Assembly (NCBI RefSeq): GCF_006345805.1
Contig: NW_021833069.1
Coordinates: 1 to 64,000, forward strand
From: Octopus sinensis
Taxonomy: Eukaryota
Reading direction: 5' to 3'
DNA length: 64,000 bases
The first letter of the stretch is position 1, and the number at the start of each line of letters is the position of its first letter. The position numbers were made by a program, and so were the translations under genes. This document shows, piece after piece, positions 25,974 through 38,781 of the stretch. Below the pieces are notes generated by a model, which was given only the letters and a program-made list of their open reading frames with translations, did no database searches and was not told the DNA's origin.

Positions 25974-28912
25974 CTAGCTCAGCAGTTCGCTTCGCTCACT
26001 GCGAGCTAGCTCCTGCGGAGCCCTGCTCGCTACGCTCGCAGTTTCCTTAAATAACTATAAATTTATGTAGATATATAAATGCGACCTGCTTTGATATAAC
26101 CTTATTCTAAGGCCTGTGGATAAACGATGTTTGCAGTCCGTCCATCCTTGGCAAATATAAATAAATTTCTCTTCTACCTACCCTTGAGCACCCCACATAC
26201 AGCTGGCCATGTGAAAAGCACTCGTTCTCTAAAAATAAGCCTACTACCTTTAAAGACTGTCCCTGGCCTTGTTTATTGTCATAGCAAAACTTATCTTCAG
26301 CGGAAATTGTAGTCTCTTAAATCTATCGCAGGCCCTTTCATGGTCCATAATAACGTCGACCGATTTATATATTCTTTCTCTGCCAGGGATTTTCATTAAT
26401 AAATCTAAATTTATATTAAGTACCTCATCATTAAGTGGAGCTAATATAGCTCGTTCACGCAGCCAGTCGAAATTCACGTAGTGTTCAGATAGTTCGGAAT
26501 AGACGGCATTCAATAATTCTTCTGCTGTTTCTACGAAAATACATAATTCTTCCGGTAGCCTAATTTTCTGGTCGTGCATTTCTGAAGTGATTGCCCCATT
26601 TCCAATATCTAGAAGGATTTGTGGGAATATGCTATTAACGCCTTGTAAATGTGCATGTACATTTACATCTAAGCTTACCTTTTTCACGTGTGTCCACAAA
26701 TATGACGATTTGAGGCAGGCATTCAATTCATCCGCAGGCGTCCCTCTTTGAATAATTGGCAGCGTCTGTCTAAAATCACCTGCCAATACAACTAATGCTC
26801 CCCCAAACAAATCGTCGCTACAATTCTTGATATCTCTATATGTTCGGTCAACTGCTTGAATGCGCCTTTATGAGCCATCGTACATTCATCCCAAACAATT
26901 AACCTAGAATGCATAATTCTATTACCCGTAGTTTAACAAAAACGCAGAAAATAATTTTTTTTTAATTTTTTGGCTTGAAGGTTTTGAGGGACCACATCAT
27001 GTGAGTCGAGGACTTCTTGTTGTTCATTTTAACAAAAACGCAGAAAATAATTTTTTTTAATTTTTTGGCTTGAAGGTTTTGAGGGACCACATCATGTGAG
27101 TCGAGGACTTTCTTGTTGTTCATTTTAACAAAAACGCAGAAAATAATTTTTTTTAATTTTTTGGCTTGAAGGTTTTGGGGGACCACATCATGTGAGTCGA
27201 GGACTTTCTTGTTGTTTATTTTAACAAAAACGCAGAAAATAATTTTTTTAATTTTTTGGCTTGAAAGTTTTGGGGGACCACATCATGTGAGTCGAGGACT
27301 TTCTTGTTGTTCATTTTAACAAAAACGCAGAAAATAATTTTTTTAAATTTTTACCTTGAAGGTTTTGGGGGACCACATCATGTGAGTCGAGGACTTTTGT
27401 TGTTCATTTTAACAAAAACGCAGAAAATAATTTTTTTAATTTTTTACCTTGAAGGTTTTGGGGGACCACATCATGTGAGTCGAGGACTTTCTTGTTGTTC
27501 ATTTTAACAAAAACGCAGAAAATAATTTTTTTAATTTTTTAGCTTGAAGATTTTGGGGGACCACATCATGTGAGTCGAGGACTTTCTGTTGTTCATTTTA
27601 ACAAAAACGCAGAAAATAATTTTTTTTAATTTTTTGGCTTGAAGGTTTTGGGGGACCACATCATGTGAGTCGAGGACTTTCTTGTTGTTCATTTTAACAA
27701 AAACGCAAAAAATAATTTTTTTAATTTTTTAGCTTGAAGGTTTTGGGGGACCACATCATGTGAGTCGAGGACTTTCTTGTTGTTCATTTTAACAAAAACG
27801 CAGAAAATAATTTTTTTAATTTTTTGGCTTGAAGGTTTTGGGGGACCACATCATGTGAGTCGAGGACTTTCTTGTTGTTCATTTTAACAAAAACGCAGAA
27901 AATAATTTTTTTTAATTTTTTGGCTTGAAGGTTTTGGGGGACCACATCATGTGAGTCGAGGACTTTCTTGTTGGTCATTTTAACAAAAACGCAGAAAATA
28001 ATTTTGTTAATTTTTTAGCTTGAAGGTTTTGGGGGACCACATCATGTGAGTCGAGGACTTTCTTGTTGTTCATTTTAACAAAAACGCAGAAAATAATTTT
28101 TTTTAATTTTTTGGCTTGAAGGTTTTGGGGGACCACATCATGTGAGTCGAGGACTTTCTTGTTGTTCATTTTAACAAAAACGCAGAAAATAATTTTTTTT
28201 ATTTTTTTTGGCTTGAAGGTTTTGGGGGACCACATCATGTGAGTCGAGGACTTTCTTGTTGTTCATTTTAACAAAAACGCAGAAAATAATTTTTTTTAAT
28301 TTTTTGGCTTGAAGGTTTTGGGGGACCACATCATGTGAGTCGAGGACTTTCTTGTTGTTCATTTTAACAAAAACGCAGAAAAAAATTTTTTTTAATTTTT
28401 TGGCTTGAAGGTTTTGGGGGACCACATCATGTGAGTCGAGGACTTTCTTGTTGTTCATTTTAACAAAAACGCAGAAAATAATTTTTTTTAATTTTTTGGC
28501 TTGAAGGTTTTGGGGGACCACATCATGTGAGTCGAGGACTTTCTTGTTGTTCATTTTAACAAAAACGCAGAAAATAATTTTTTTTAATTTTTTGGCTTGA
28601 AGGTTTTGGGGGACCACATCATGTGAGTCGAGGACTTTCTTGTTGTTCATTTTAACAAAAACGCAGAAAATTGACTTGAAGGTTTTGGGGACCTCATCAT
28701 CGAGGATATTCTTTCTTATTAAAATTTTTTGACAGGAAGGTTCTTAGAGGATATCAACCTTTTATTGTGCCTCATTATCGAATAACTACAAAAGGGAAGG
28801 TTTTGACAATTTGATCTGGTTTGTAACAATTTGAATGTGGGTGTGCACAGACAGACAGACAGACACACAGACAGACAGACAGACAACACACCATACCATT
28901 TTATTATTAAGA
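25974..28912 (-). mobile_element. Helitron (deletion derivative) with Pif1 helicase C-terminus
   Basis: Minus strand: 5'-TC at 28912, a (CTGT)n microsatellite, helicase motifs GDFRQTLP, RAILAP, FAMTINK and QLYVGCSRV, a GCGAAGC hairpin, and 3'-CTAG at 25974. Confidence 0.88.
26935..28710. repeat. Tandem array of about 95-96 bp, about 18 units, inside the Helitron
   Basis: Unit aaaacgcagaaaataatt(t)n..cttgaaggttttgggggaccacatcatgtgagtcgaggactttcttgttgttcattttaac. Units vary mainly in poly-T length. Confidence 0.95.
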
Positions 28913-29714
28913 CTTACTACCAAATGGAAAATTAGCATCAATTTGAAACAGAACACTGGGAGAAGTTAAAATCAATCAAGGCATACTGCAAGGATATTTT
29001 CTTTTATCTCTGATTTTTGTGTTGTTAATAAACTTTCTGAGCTGAATTCTCAGCGAAAAATTCCCGAAAGCAATGATGGGAAACTTATCCAGGGGAACCC
29101 GCATATGCCACTAACCACCTCCTATTTATGGACGATATAAAGCTGTTTTCTTATCATAATGACGTAATATAAATTGTGGTGAAAGAAGTTGAATTATTTT
29201 TTGACCTAGCCGGGTTAAAAAAAAACGTTGAAAAATCTGCGACAAATTTAAAGTCTTGTCTATGAAAGCTTGCTTACTCGATAGGCTGGATGGATACCGA
29301 TATCGGGAGGTCATCGAAGATAAGAATAGCAACGTTCTATAAAATAAAGTTATGGTGAAAATCTATGAAAAAGCATTGAAGAGGATTAAATACTCGAGCC
29401 AAAATGAATTAAACTCAGTAAATTTGCTCAAGCCTATAAACGAACATTGAATCTTTATAATTATTACGTTAAAGAATTGATATTGAACCCGGAGAGTTTG
29501 AGCAGATTGATAAGAATATTCGAAACGCTTGTAAGGATGACGGGTTCTGTGTTCCACGTTAAAGCATGCTGGCAACACGCCAGACCCTTGGATCCTCGTC
29601 TAATCAGAAGATGCGTCGGATTTCTGGCTGAACACAGAGAAGATTCTTAATTTGATTTAGAATGTCGGGATCACCTAACCGATTTTGTTCTGGGTATGAC
29701 GGTGTTTTTGGTTT

Positions 29715-31000
29715 AAATAATAATAAATAAATTATTTATTCGTCGTACATAAGCGTACCGAATGAACTCCATGGAAATGCGTGAGTCCTGTATCCTCACG
29801 TGTTATGCCCCAGATAGCAAACAGACAAGACGGTGTTGGTTCAAATTTCCCTTCAGGTCATCAACGATAGTCTTGGATGATATTGCGTCCCAACAATTCT
29901 GTCTCGAGACATTATCCGGAATCGAAAGTCCCGCTTCCTTCCACTGCAAGTAAAATTATTTGTCCAAGGAAAGTCTAGTAGTGTAACGTAGGATTTCCCG
30001 GACTAGATGACTGCAGCTTAATAACAAATATGCCGGGAATGTAAAATTCAGCGCCGACCTAAGACTTGTGCCTCCGATGCATGTAGGAAGCTTGCATTGA
30101 TTCCAACCAGGTTTGTCAGAGTGGATGTTCAACAGCGATTCAGCTGGATTTCTCAGAGTCCAATAACTTTAGGATGTCCCCAAGTCCCAACCAGGGAGAA
30201 CAAAGGAGAGAGTATTGGAGTTTAGAGAAGCCAATGCTATCTTTCAAAAAGAAGAATGCAGTATGAGCATTGAGTAAGGAGAGTTTCCCCGTAACTCTAG
30301 AAAGTTCCTTGTTTTTTCTAGTAGATGATACCGCACTTTTTTCCCCAAGTGGGCACCCAAGAAAGTCTGCCCTCTCCCCACTTAAGACAGTAATCCCAAA
30401 TAATATTGAGTTTAAAGACTTATCACTTGTGACAGGACGTCAAAAACTTTTCTCTACGGCCCTCAATCATGGCATCATCAAGATACCAGAATTGCAGTTC
30501 CGAAAACCGCACCTTCAGGTTTTTCAAGGTCAGTAGATTGTGGTACAAAGAAGCTCCCTTGTGATAGAAAGAATTGTGTGAAAATCGGTGTTGCACAACG
30601 CTTGGCTCTTGAGGTTTGTCAGGAACACAGATGTGGGTGTGGAGGATAGTTGATTTTAAAGGACTACATCCTTTGTCTTGTAAAAGGAGTGTATGCCGAA
30701 ATAAGTGGGGGTAGCAAAGATGGATTCCGAGTCGTGAACAGGTACCGAGTCAAACTGACTTATCGTCCAAGAGTAAACCGGCTAAGGGTATTGGTAAGGC
30801 ATTAAACCAGTCCCCTGAGTGTGGTTGCGTAGCTGCATTTATTGAGATGAGTTTGATTTGATTGGCCCTTGTTTTCAGGCATTTCACGATTTCTTTACAG
30901 CAAATGAAGTCTCAACTTTTTTGCAAATAATCTAACTTGGGAATGACAAGATCAAATGCAGTTCAAACTTCGAAGGCAGAAAAAAATTTAGTCATTTCGA
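29715..31000 (-). mobile_element. Degenerate APE-type LINE remnant
   Basis: (TTA)n tail at about 29715 and an LISAYTP-like endonuclease motif near 30700. Heavily decayed. Confidence 0.45.
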
Positions 31001-31299
31001 AAAAGAACAGAATTAACAACATTTTTCGATGCCAAAAGCGAAAATAGGTAGCAAGGGAGAGAAATATCTATGCACGAGCGGATACCAATACCAACAAATC
31101 GTAGAGATAAACATTTCACGAGAAAGTTGGTCTTCGGAGAAGTCAACATTGAGTAATTTCTTGACTGATTTTAAAATAATAAAATTCAGGTCAGACAACA
31201 TATCGAGTTTCCGGAAGGCGGGTGTCGAGACAAAAGAGAATTTGTCGAAACGACAAGCCTGACAGCACCGCGAACATCACCATCTATAAGTTTACTATT

Positions 31300-31860
31300 T
31301 ACTTTTCTGTAAAGGTAGTCGTCATCATTCGCCATGTAGGCGTATTATGGGAAGTTGAGCCGGAGGGAGGGTCTGGATTTGTAGAATAGGCCTGCAGCCT
31401 GCAAAAAGAAGAACAGTTTTGGCTGTACAAGATCAGTTTATGTTTGTCGACCGTAGTTAACGATGGAATGAATGTTTTATTACGGACTTTGGATGTGAGA
31501 AAACTGAAGCCAATGGATGCAAAGCAGAATAACTTAAGCCAATCAGATTGCCTATCGGAAGCCAAAGCATCATTAATTAGAGTGGAAAAAAAGGAAGCTG
31601 TTAGGATACGCGCAATTTTAGGAATTATAGGCGGGATTTGCCGGAAATGGCAAAGGAGTTTGATGGATTTGAGAAAGAAGGAAATAGAATGGGTCCCAGG
31701 GATAGAATCAGAGAATGGGAAGGAATCTGGGGAATGGTAAGGGCCAGGAATCGAGTATAAAAATAGTAGACATTCTTTTTCAGCAATCATTTTCAGCTTG
31801 TTTTCGGTGCGTTCATTAGTGCTTGTTCCTTTAAGCCTTGGCATTTCTTTCGAGCTCACA
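31300..31860 (-). mobile_element. Probable N-terminal part of a CRE-type element ORF
   Basis: IPKIARILTA..LINDAL..WLKLFCFA resembles the pre-RT region of CRE elements (recognised by eye). Confidence 0.4.
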
Positions 31861-31879
31861 GCTGCTTATCTAAAAGAAT

Positions 31880-32200
31880 GTTTAACGCTTCAATATAGTC
31901 TTTAAGTGTCGGATTTGTACATTTAATGACAAATTTATACAATATATAGATGGAGGTAATCGGCCTAAAATCATTAGGAAAATGCTTTTTTACTTTTTGG
32001 AATGAGATATATTACCCCTGTGTATAACCACTCTGCAGGACAGTGACCTCATTGTACCGATGGCCATGAAAAGCCTCAATCTATTTGATCAAGAATCCAT
32101 AAACTCCGCCATACCCCGCAGCTTTCCAATTGGATACACACTAGGTAAAACTCTGTATTAACTCAGTTTCCACGTCTTTTCGAGACTCTTCAGCTTTAGA
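31880..32200 (-). mobile_element. Small fragment of the R4/NeSL-like family
   Basis: EWLYTGVIYLIPK, homologous to DWFYPGITYLMPK at about 25625. Confidence 0.5.
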
Positions 32201-32416
32201 AACCCGCTTATCAACTATGGTTTTATGAGGATTCTCCTCTTTTTTAGACTCCTTCCCAAAAAAAAGACATTCACATTATTTTTTATAAATATTAACTTTT
32301 TATAAGTTTATCTTTTTGCGAGTTTTACGAATTCTGTGGTATTGTACGAGGCTTGTATATTTAGTCTCGTTCTCTTTGTTTTTAATTTTCTTTGTATTGT
32401 TCAAAATCGAGCGGAA

Positions 32417-34270
32417 ATGAAATACATCCTCATTACTGGCGACAATAAAACTTCCAGAGTAGAGGTCACCTGCAGTATTGGATTACTACTTAAGTCATCA
32501 ATGATCACTTTAATTCACATTGATGCTATTCCAAGAGAAATTAAATGTAATTTTTTCACTCTACTTAGACTATGAAAAGACAGTATTGAACGATGGAACG
32601 GTTTGCACAGGTGCTGTCGGGAAATTTGAACGGTTTCTTGACATTGAACTCACGGGTGCACATGTGATCGGCACAAATCAGATATACTGTAAAAATAACC
32701 ACGCTACGTCTACTTTTGACTCTGTTTTTGAAGTCCAAGAGCATGTTGTACAACGACTATTGGACACACCCCATACGCCCGGGAATGGATTAGTACCAGA
32801 AATATGTCTCATTGATGTAATATACCATGTTCAACGTAGTGCGCTGGAGAATTGAAAAATGGAAACGAATTGGGACAGTTCTCCCTTGATAAGTTTGTCT
32901 CTAAAATCGGAAATCAAAGCATTTTCCACATACATGTGTGGAATGATGAGGTGGTTTTATGATTTGATGTTAAGGCCGACGACAATGACTTGAGGCAACT
33001 TGAAAGTTTGGTTGAGAAGTTTAAAGAATTTGGTTTATCACCTGATGTGGTAACTGTTCTTCCGCATCTTAGATTATTAGCAAACACTCGGAAAGGGAAG
33101 TAACAAATTTAGAATCACCCAAAGTACTGTTCTAAAGACTTTGTAGGTCCTTTCTTACAATGGAGACTTTTTTAAAATGCCTCAGTCTTTGGTAGAACAG
33201 AACCTTATGTCTCTGATACAACAGAAGGTTACATCTGTAGACAAGCCTATGATTGATATTACAGCCCAATTGTTCGCGGAATATGCGTATTGCAGTGCAT
33301 TTTAATAAAAGTGACAAATTGGAGGCAGACGGTCTGATGGTCGCAGTTGTGTGCGAATTCACCGAATACTACCAATACGACGCAGTCCAAGAGGCCTTCC
33401 AGCATGCAATCATTTGGTTGGACAGTCCCTTTAAACTGAAAGTTGGCGGGTTCGTTATTATTTGCAGAAAATCAAGTCATCGGATTTGGAAGATCGAGAA
33501 AGTCCTGAATATACGTCTTCTTGGAATTTATTGAAGTCGTGTCGGTTAGAAAATGACCGGTCATTTACAGGGGAATTATGTGTGCTGGAGGGGCAGGCGT
33601 GAAGGGTGCCGAAGGAAGAGGACTTGCTGCGGGATATGCTAGACTAAACAAAATTCCGTTTTTAGGTAAATGTTGGTGTCAATGCTTCCAGGGGTCTGCT
33701 ACGGAATGCAATTTGCCATAATCGAGTTTGCACGGAATGTTTGTGGAATGGACTCTGCCAACACGACGGAGGTCGATCCAACTACACCATTTCCCGTGGT
33801 ATGTCCCTTGTTTCAACTCGAGGTTTCCAGGATCAAAAATGAGGTTGGGGAATCGAGCATGGATTATGGTTCTAAAGAGGTTCTCATCTCATCGACCGTT
33901 TCCCTCACCAGTATGACTTTTTTACAACAAACACAATTATCACGTAATATATTTAACAGGCGGAATATTTGAGACCGATCGCATTTACGAACGACACTTT
34001 AATAATTATGAGGTTGTTGTAATGTGGGCCAATAGTAGTTTAATAGGCAATATATCGAACTCTTCTCGTCGAAGGGAATGAAGTTTGTTGGGTTCTCGGC
34101 GATCCGGATGAGTGTGGCGATAGTTGAGATCGAATGTTGTATTTTTTTGTGAATTTCAAGACCATCCTTTTTTTGTAGCCACTCAATTCCACCCAGAATT
34201 TAATTCAAGATTCGGTTCTCCGTCTGCATTCTACACTTCTTTTCTGCGAGCAGTGAAATATGCCCGATAA
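32417..34270 (+). CDS. CTPS: CTP synthase-like protein: degenerate synthetase domain, intact glutamine amidotransferase triad
   Basis: 14 exons and 13 GT-AG introns (22-26 nt, one 49 nt) give an uninterrupted frame from MKYILITG to ..RAVKYAR-stop. Landmarks: [37 protein letters not shown] and [13 protein letters not shown]. Confidence 0.9.
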
Positions 34271-35239
34271 TCATTTCCTTACTAATAGTTTTCTTTAATT
34301 TATTGGATATCCTATATGTCGACATTAATATTGAGAAAATAGTATTGTTTAGATGCGTGTGTAACACAAATTCGCGTACTACTTTGCTTGTATTTGAATA
34401 CTATTTCATGTTAAAAAACCGACTGTCCAATTTTGTTGCTAATTAATTCCTTATATTAATTTTGGCTTGATAATTGGGAATTTTGTGATAGTGTTTATCG
34501 CTCAATTTCTTCACTATCGTGCGCGGGAACGCGCAAGCAATCCGTTCGGCTGGGTTAATTTAGTTAACTGACAATTGTTTTGTTATTCCTCAGAAAATTA
34601 AAAAAAAATTTCTTCACTTTCACGTTGTTATTTAATCATTTTATCAATAAATCAATTCATGGCAAGTCTTGAAGAAAACCAAAAAGTAATAAAAATGACA
34701 AATAGAAAAAACAAAAACTGTTCACATGCTACCATTAAAAGTCTAATGGGAAGTATCAGAACAACCAATTATGAAAAACTTAGATATTTTTTTAATTTCG
34801 AAAATTGATGTTTTAAGAACAAGAAGTATCGAAAAGAACAATTTCTAGAGAGTTTTTATTTGCTACAAATTAAAGAAAGTTTTTATTTGCTAGACAGCTT
34901 TTACAGAAAACTGCAAGATAACATCTATAAATGTTAATTCGTTCAAGGATCTTATTATAGGGTTTTTCGAGCTGTAACGTCGAAAGCGCAATCATTAGTG
35001 TTGACCCTTCAAGCATCAGTGTTCGCGCACCAAGCATTAATGTCGAAGCTTTAAAAATTGGTTTTTAAAACGCATATAAGCAAGTATTTTTTGAACATTC
35101 AAATAAGTGCAAATCTAGCAAAGAAATAAGTGATTATCTAAATATGAAAATGAAGAAAATCCGGAGAAATTGATAGCATATTTCGTGTTAGAAATTATTC
35201 TTCCAAATTGAATGATTTACACGAACAAATATGGATTTA

Positions 35240-35820
35240 TTTTCCATGAAATTTTTAATTTTTCTTTAAATAGGAAAACTAACAACATCCAGAAAATGGA
35301 AAAAATACAATCCTTTAACTCTTGTGCGCAAAGATTTCTTTTTATTAGGCACTTCCAATCTATTCTGCTGTCTGTTAAACAAATAAGATTTCCTGAGTTT
35401 TTTCCATATTTCAGTTTTACCCGAGTCTATTAGTTTGACTTCTATAACTTCAAGTTTTGTCGTATTCATTGTCCATTGCCTGTAAGGTAGATTCGAGATA
35501 TATTGCGAATAGCATAAGAAATAGTGAATAACCTTAAATTTGGTGCAATTCGTCAAAAATTTTATACTCCCTTAATTTAGTATATCTGCATGGTACTCCC
35601 TTTCTCTAAAAAGTCAATCCTATGCTTTTCATGCAATTTAAGCAACCTGAGGAAGAACGGTTGCCTGTATTCCACGCCACAAGGAAGTTTTTCTTGCCTC
35701 ACAAGATCGACAAAACAATTCTTGTCTTTTTATCGAAATAGACTTGGATAATGCTTTTAACTGTATGCTTCGTGACACTTTTTTTTAAATCTGTTACCCT
35801 TCTCTGTCCAGCAATTTCCT
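35240..35820 (-). mobile_element. Possible IS630/Tc1-like transposase N-terminal remnant
   Basis: A degenerate reading ends in ..FHFLDVVSF, like the first catalytic xLDExGF motif. Many stops. Confidence 0.35.
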
Positions 35821-35829
35821 GTCTCGTCG

Positions 35830-37010
35830 TCTTGGCCTACGATCACCCCAGCCTTCTCATTGTTGATAATCAGACAATCGCGTCCTGTAATGAAGTATAG
35901 CAAGGTAACCCTCTGGACCCTCTCCTTTTCGCTTTAGCTATGGATAATGTTGCCAGGAATGTGTCATCCAAATTACATGTTTGGTACTTAGACACCGCTA
36001 TAGGTGCTGCATCTGAATCCGTCCTTGATGACTTGAGAATCTTAATCCCTTATTTGCACGCCACTGATCTCGAAGTCAATTCCCATAAATTTGAAATTAT
36101 AAACATCAGTTATGACTCGCACCATTTTTCAATATTCTCGTCCCTTCAACTAGCTTCTATCCATTATTTAAGTCACCACGCCATCGAATCTCAAGATTTG
36201 GGACTCTCCCATATTCAACAAAAGAGTGAATCAAACACTGTCCGAAAAAACCTCTAATCTCATGTCCATATTCAGTAAACTTAAGGTAATCGATTCCCAT
36301 TCGGCCTTATTTTTATCGAAGAGCTGCATTGGAATTCCCAAGTTATTGTTTACCCTTAGAAGTGGGCCTTTGAAGGTTCGACTGTACTCCTAGGTCATGC
36401 CTCGAAACAAACTGTAATCCCACTTTTAACGACCTTGACTGGGAAAAAGACATTCTCCCGGTTAGCCACAATGGTATCGGTGTGCGCTTTGCCACCGATC
36501 TTTCCTTTCGTGTGTTCAGGCCACCAGCTCTTTTGTCTATGAGATTCTCCAATCTGTTATTAAATCGTCCGCAAACTCTGTGTTCTTTTTGGCTGTCAGA
36601 TCAGGAACCTGTTTGACAGCTATCCCAATGGCATCAGTCGGGACATTGGTATGACAACATTTCCCTTCGATCACGGAAAATTCCTCATCTGAAAAGCGAC
36701 ATGCTCCGACACATTCTCTGCACGTAATCTGATCTTATCAATTGCTAAGTCTGGCTCGGCGGCAAAACACGGGAAGCTCACAAAGACATAGAAATACTCA
36801 TTTTTGGCCAAAAATCACATATTTGTACCAATAGCCGTTGAGACATAAGGGATCATCGGCCTGGAAACGCTTTCTTTTTTTTTCGACTGAGGACGAAAAT
36901 TGCTAAGCAAATAGGGATCCCAATAAGACCCGTCATCTTTTCCAACGAGTTTCGTTGGCGATCGTACGAGGTAACTGCCAGGCCAGCTTATGTGCAGGCA
37001 GTTCAAAATA
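35830..37010. mobile_element. Degenerate CRE-type fragments (RT on plus strand, endonuclease tail on minus strand)
   Basis: QGNPLDPLLFALA and VWYLD on + (35900-36000). An IPYVSTAIG-like endonuclease tail lies on - near 36830. Confidence 0.6.
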
Positions 37011-37405
37011 ATTTTTGTCTATGTTTATTTTTTCGTTAAATAAAGTGTTTTTCGTTTCCAAGTTATTCGTCAAGTCTCTCTTTGACTTTCGTCTCTTGAG
37101 ATAGTGGACTGGATCTTGTTCCATTTAAGCTTTGCATTGAATATTATATTAATGAATCAAATGAAATCATTCGAACGCGTATGCGACTAAAGTACAAGAG
37201 TGAAAAGTCTGAACCACAACCAAAAGCATCCTACCCCAGTTTCTAGAAAAAAGCGAATATACGTAGGTTTACAAAATTACTTATTTTGACACATTCAAGT
37301 GATCGCTTAATTCGCTACTTTAGTAAATGGATTGAAGACCATAAATCAACTAGAATTCTAAATTTCTCCTCAACAGAAATGCTGTCTTGGAGGATGAAAT
37401 AATTA

Positions 37406-38019
37406 TTAAAAGCCCTTCAATGTCATGAATTGAGAAACTTTGGAACAACAGTCCCCGTATATTCGAAGTAGCTGAGACACTTCATGAACTTGGATTCGCA
37501 CCGGGAACTTCGCTTCCTCGCCTAAATATTTCTTCAAGTCGTCCCTCATTTTCTATCAATACAAAACACTGACCCACCCAAATGTCCCCCTCAATTTTCT
37601 TGATGATCGTGAATTTTCGACCTCCGTTAAGTCTCTGCTCCAAAAAGACTGGGAAATTATGGAAACGAGTTCTTTTAACAACATAAGGAGACTCAGAAAG
37701 TGAAATGACTACATCAAGTTAATTGTGTTTGGTACTTCGAGGAGGAAACCAGCCAGACGGTGTGGTTCGGTCAATGTTAGATGGCATTTTGGGTACCGTT
37801 TTGACTTTGGCCAGTCTTTGTGCCCATTTAAATTCATCTGTCGATATCTCATATTCGCTAAGTGTTCCCAACTTTGGTTTGCTCTGGATTTGCCCGACCT
37901 TAAACCTCAGATTTTCAGTAGGCGTTATAAATATTTTCTCAGAGTTTGAATACAACCGTTTTCCGTATTCTTTCTACCAAATAAATCAATTAAACTAAAA
38001 CACAAAATCTGGCAAGCAT
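37406..38019 (-). CDS. MRPL49: Mitochondrial ribosomal protein L49
   Basis: Four exons give MLARFCK..EYEISTDEFKWAQRL..TPSGWFPP..PYVVKRTRFHNFPVF..TIIKKIEGDIW..QVHEV..LRIYG..LKGF-stop. Confidence 0.9.
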
Positions 38020-38781
38020 CAGTCCACAATAACAAAATTCTTATTCTTAATATATTTTTAATTAAATATTGTTTTACTGTAATTTTAATTCGTAACTTAT
38101 TCCAGGACAAATACTCACCAGTGAATCTTGCTGAAATCATTGCATACATTCTGATTAAAGCATTTGAGCAGAACAACCAGCTGAACCTCGACAAAGGATG
38201 GTTAAGTCCACTACAGAAACCCGGAAAACAAAAAGGACCTTTACTCAACTTAAGACCTTTTATTCTCGGAAAACACTATCACTGCTTGCACTGGAGAGGA
38301 TAAGAATCAAGGTGGAAAATTATCTGTCTCCGGGGCAAAGTGGATTCAGAACTGGAAGGTCCACTGCTGATGTTATCTGGACGCACAGATGGACCGCTGC
38401 TTTATGTCAAAAATATAAACGGTGTACTGAGATTCTCGGAATTGATATGTCCAGAGCATTCGACTCTGTTCATAGAACCAAACTTGTGGATGTACTTTCG
38501 AGCTTTCTAAATCAAGACGATGTCAGAATCATCATAAAGCTACTACAAGGCACCCAATTGGCAACCAAACTTGGCAAAACTGAGTCAAATTACTTCTACA
38601 CTTCACGGAGCATATCACAGGGTGACTTGATATCCCCAGTTCTGTTTATCGTCTACCTAGAAGCAGCACTCAGAGACCTCAGGCCTCTTTTGACAATAGC
38701 AAATATAATGAAATAATATATGCCGACGATGTCGACTTCGTTTTTGAAGACGCTGAAACCCTTCAGTATATTATTGAAACA

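Larger units (their letters stand above)
23500..29650 (+). mobile_element. Degenerate R4/Dong- or NeSL-like non-LTR element interrupted by a Ginger-like element and a Helitron
   Basis: Remnants WFYPGITYLMPK, RPITWMPNLYKL, NQLGTRR, QGILQG, TNHLLFMDDIKLF and GYRY match the family at 56138-57448. The reading continues across both insertions. The left boundary is uncertain. Confidence 0.7.

Noticed and set aside
26935-28710. Repeat arrays as CRISPR, and the repetitive ORFs within them
   Set aside because: No unique spacers and no cas genes, the context is eukaryotic, and poly-T slippage breaks the frames. The same applies to 40135-40935 and 42005-43965.
32417-34270. CTPS as a simple pseudogene
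   Set aside because: No stop or frameshift across 14 exons, all splice sites are canonical, and the GATase catalytic residues are preserved.
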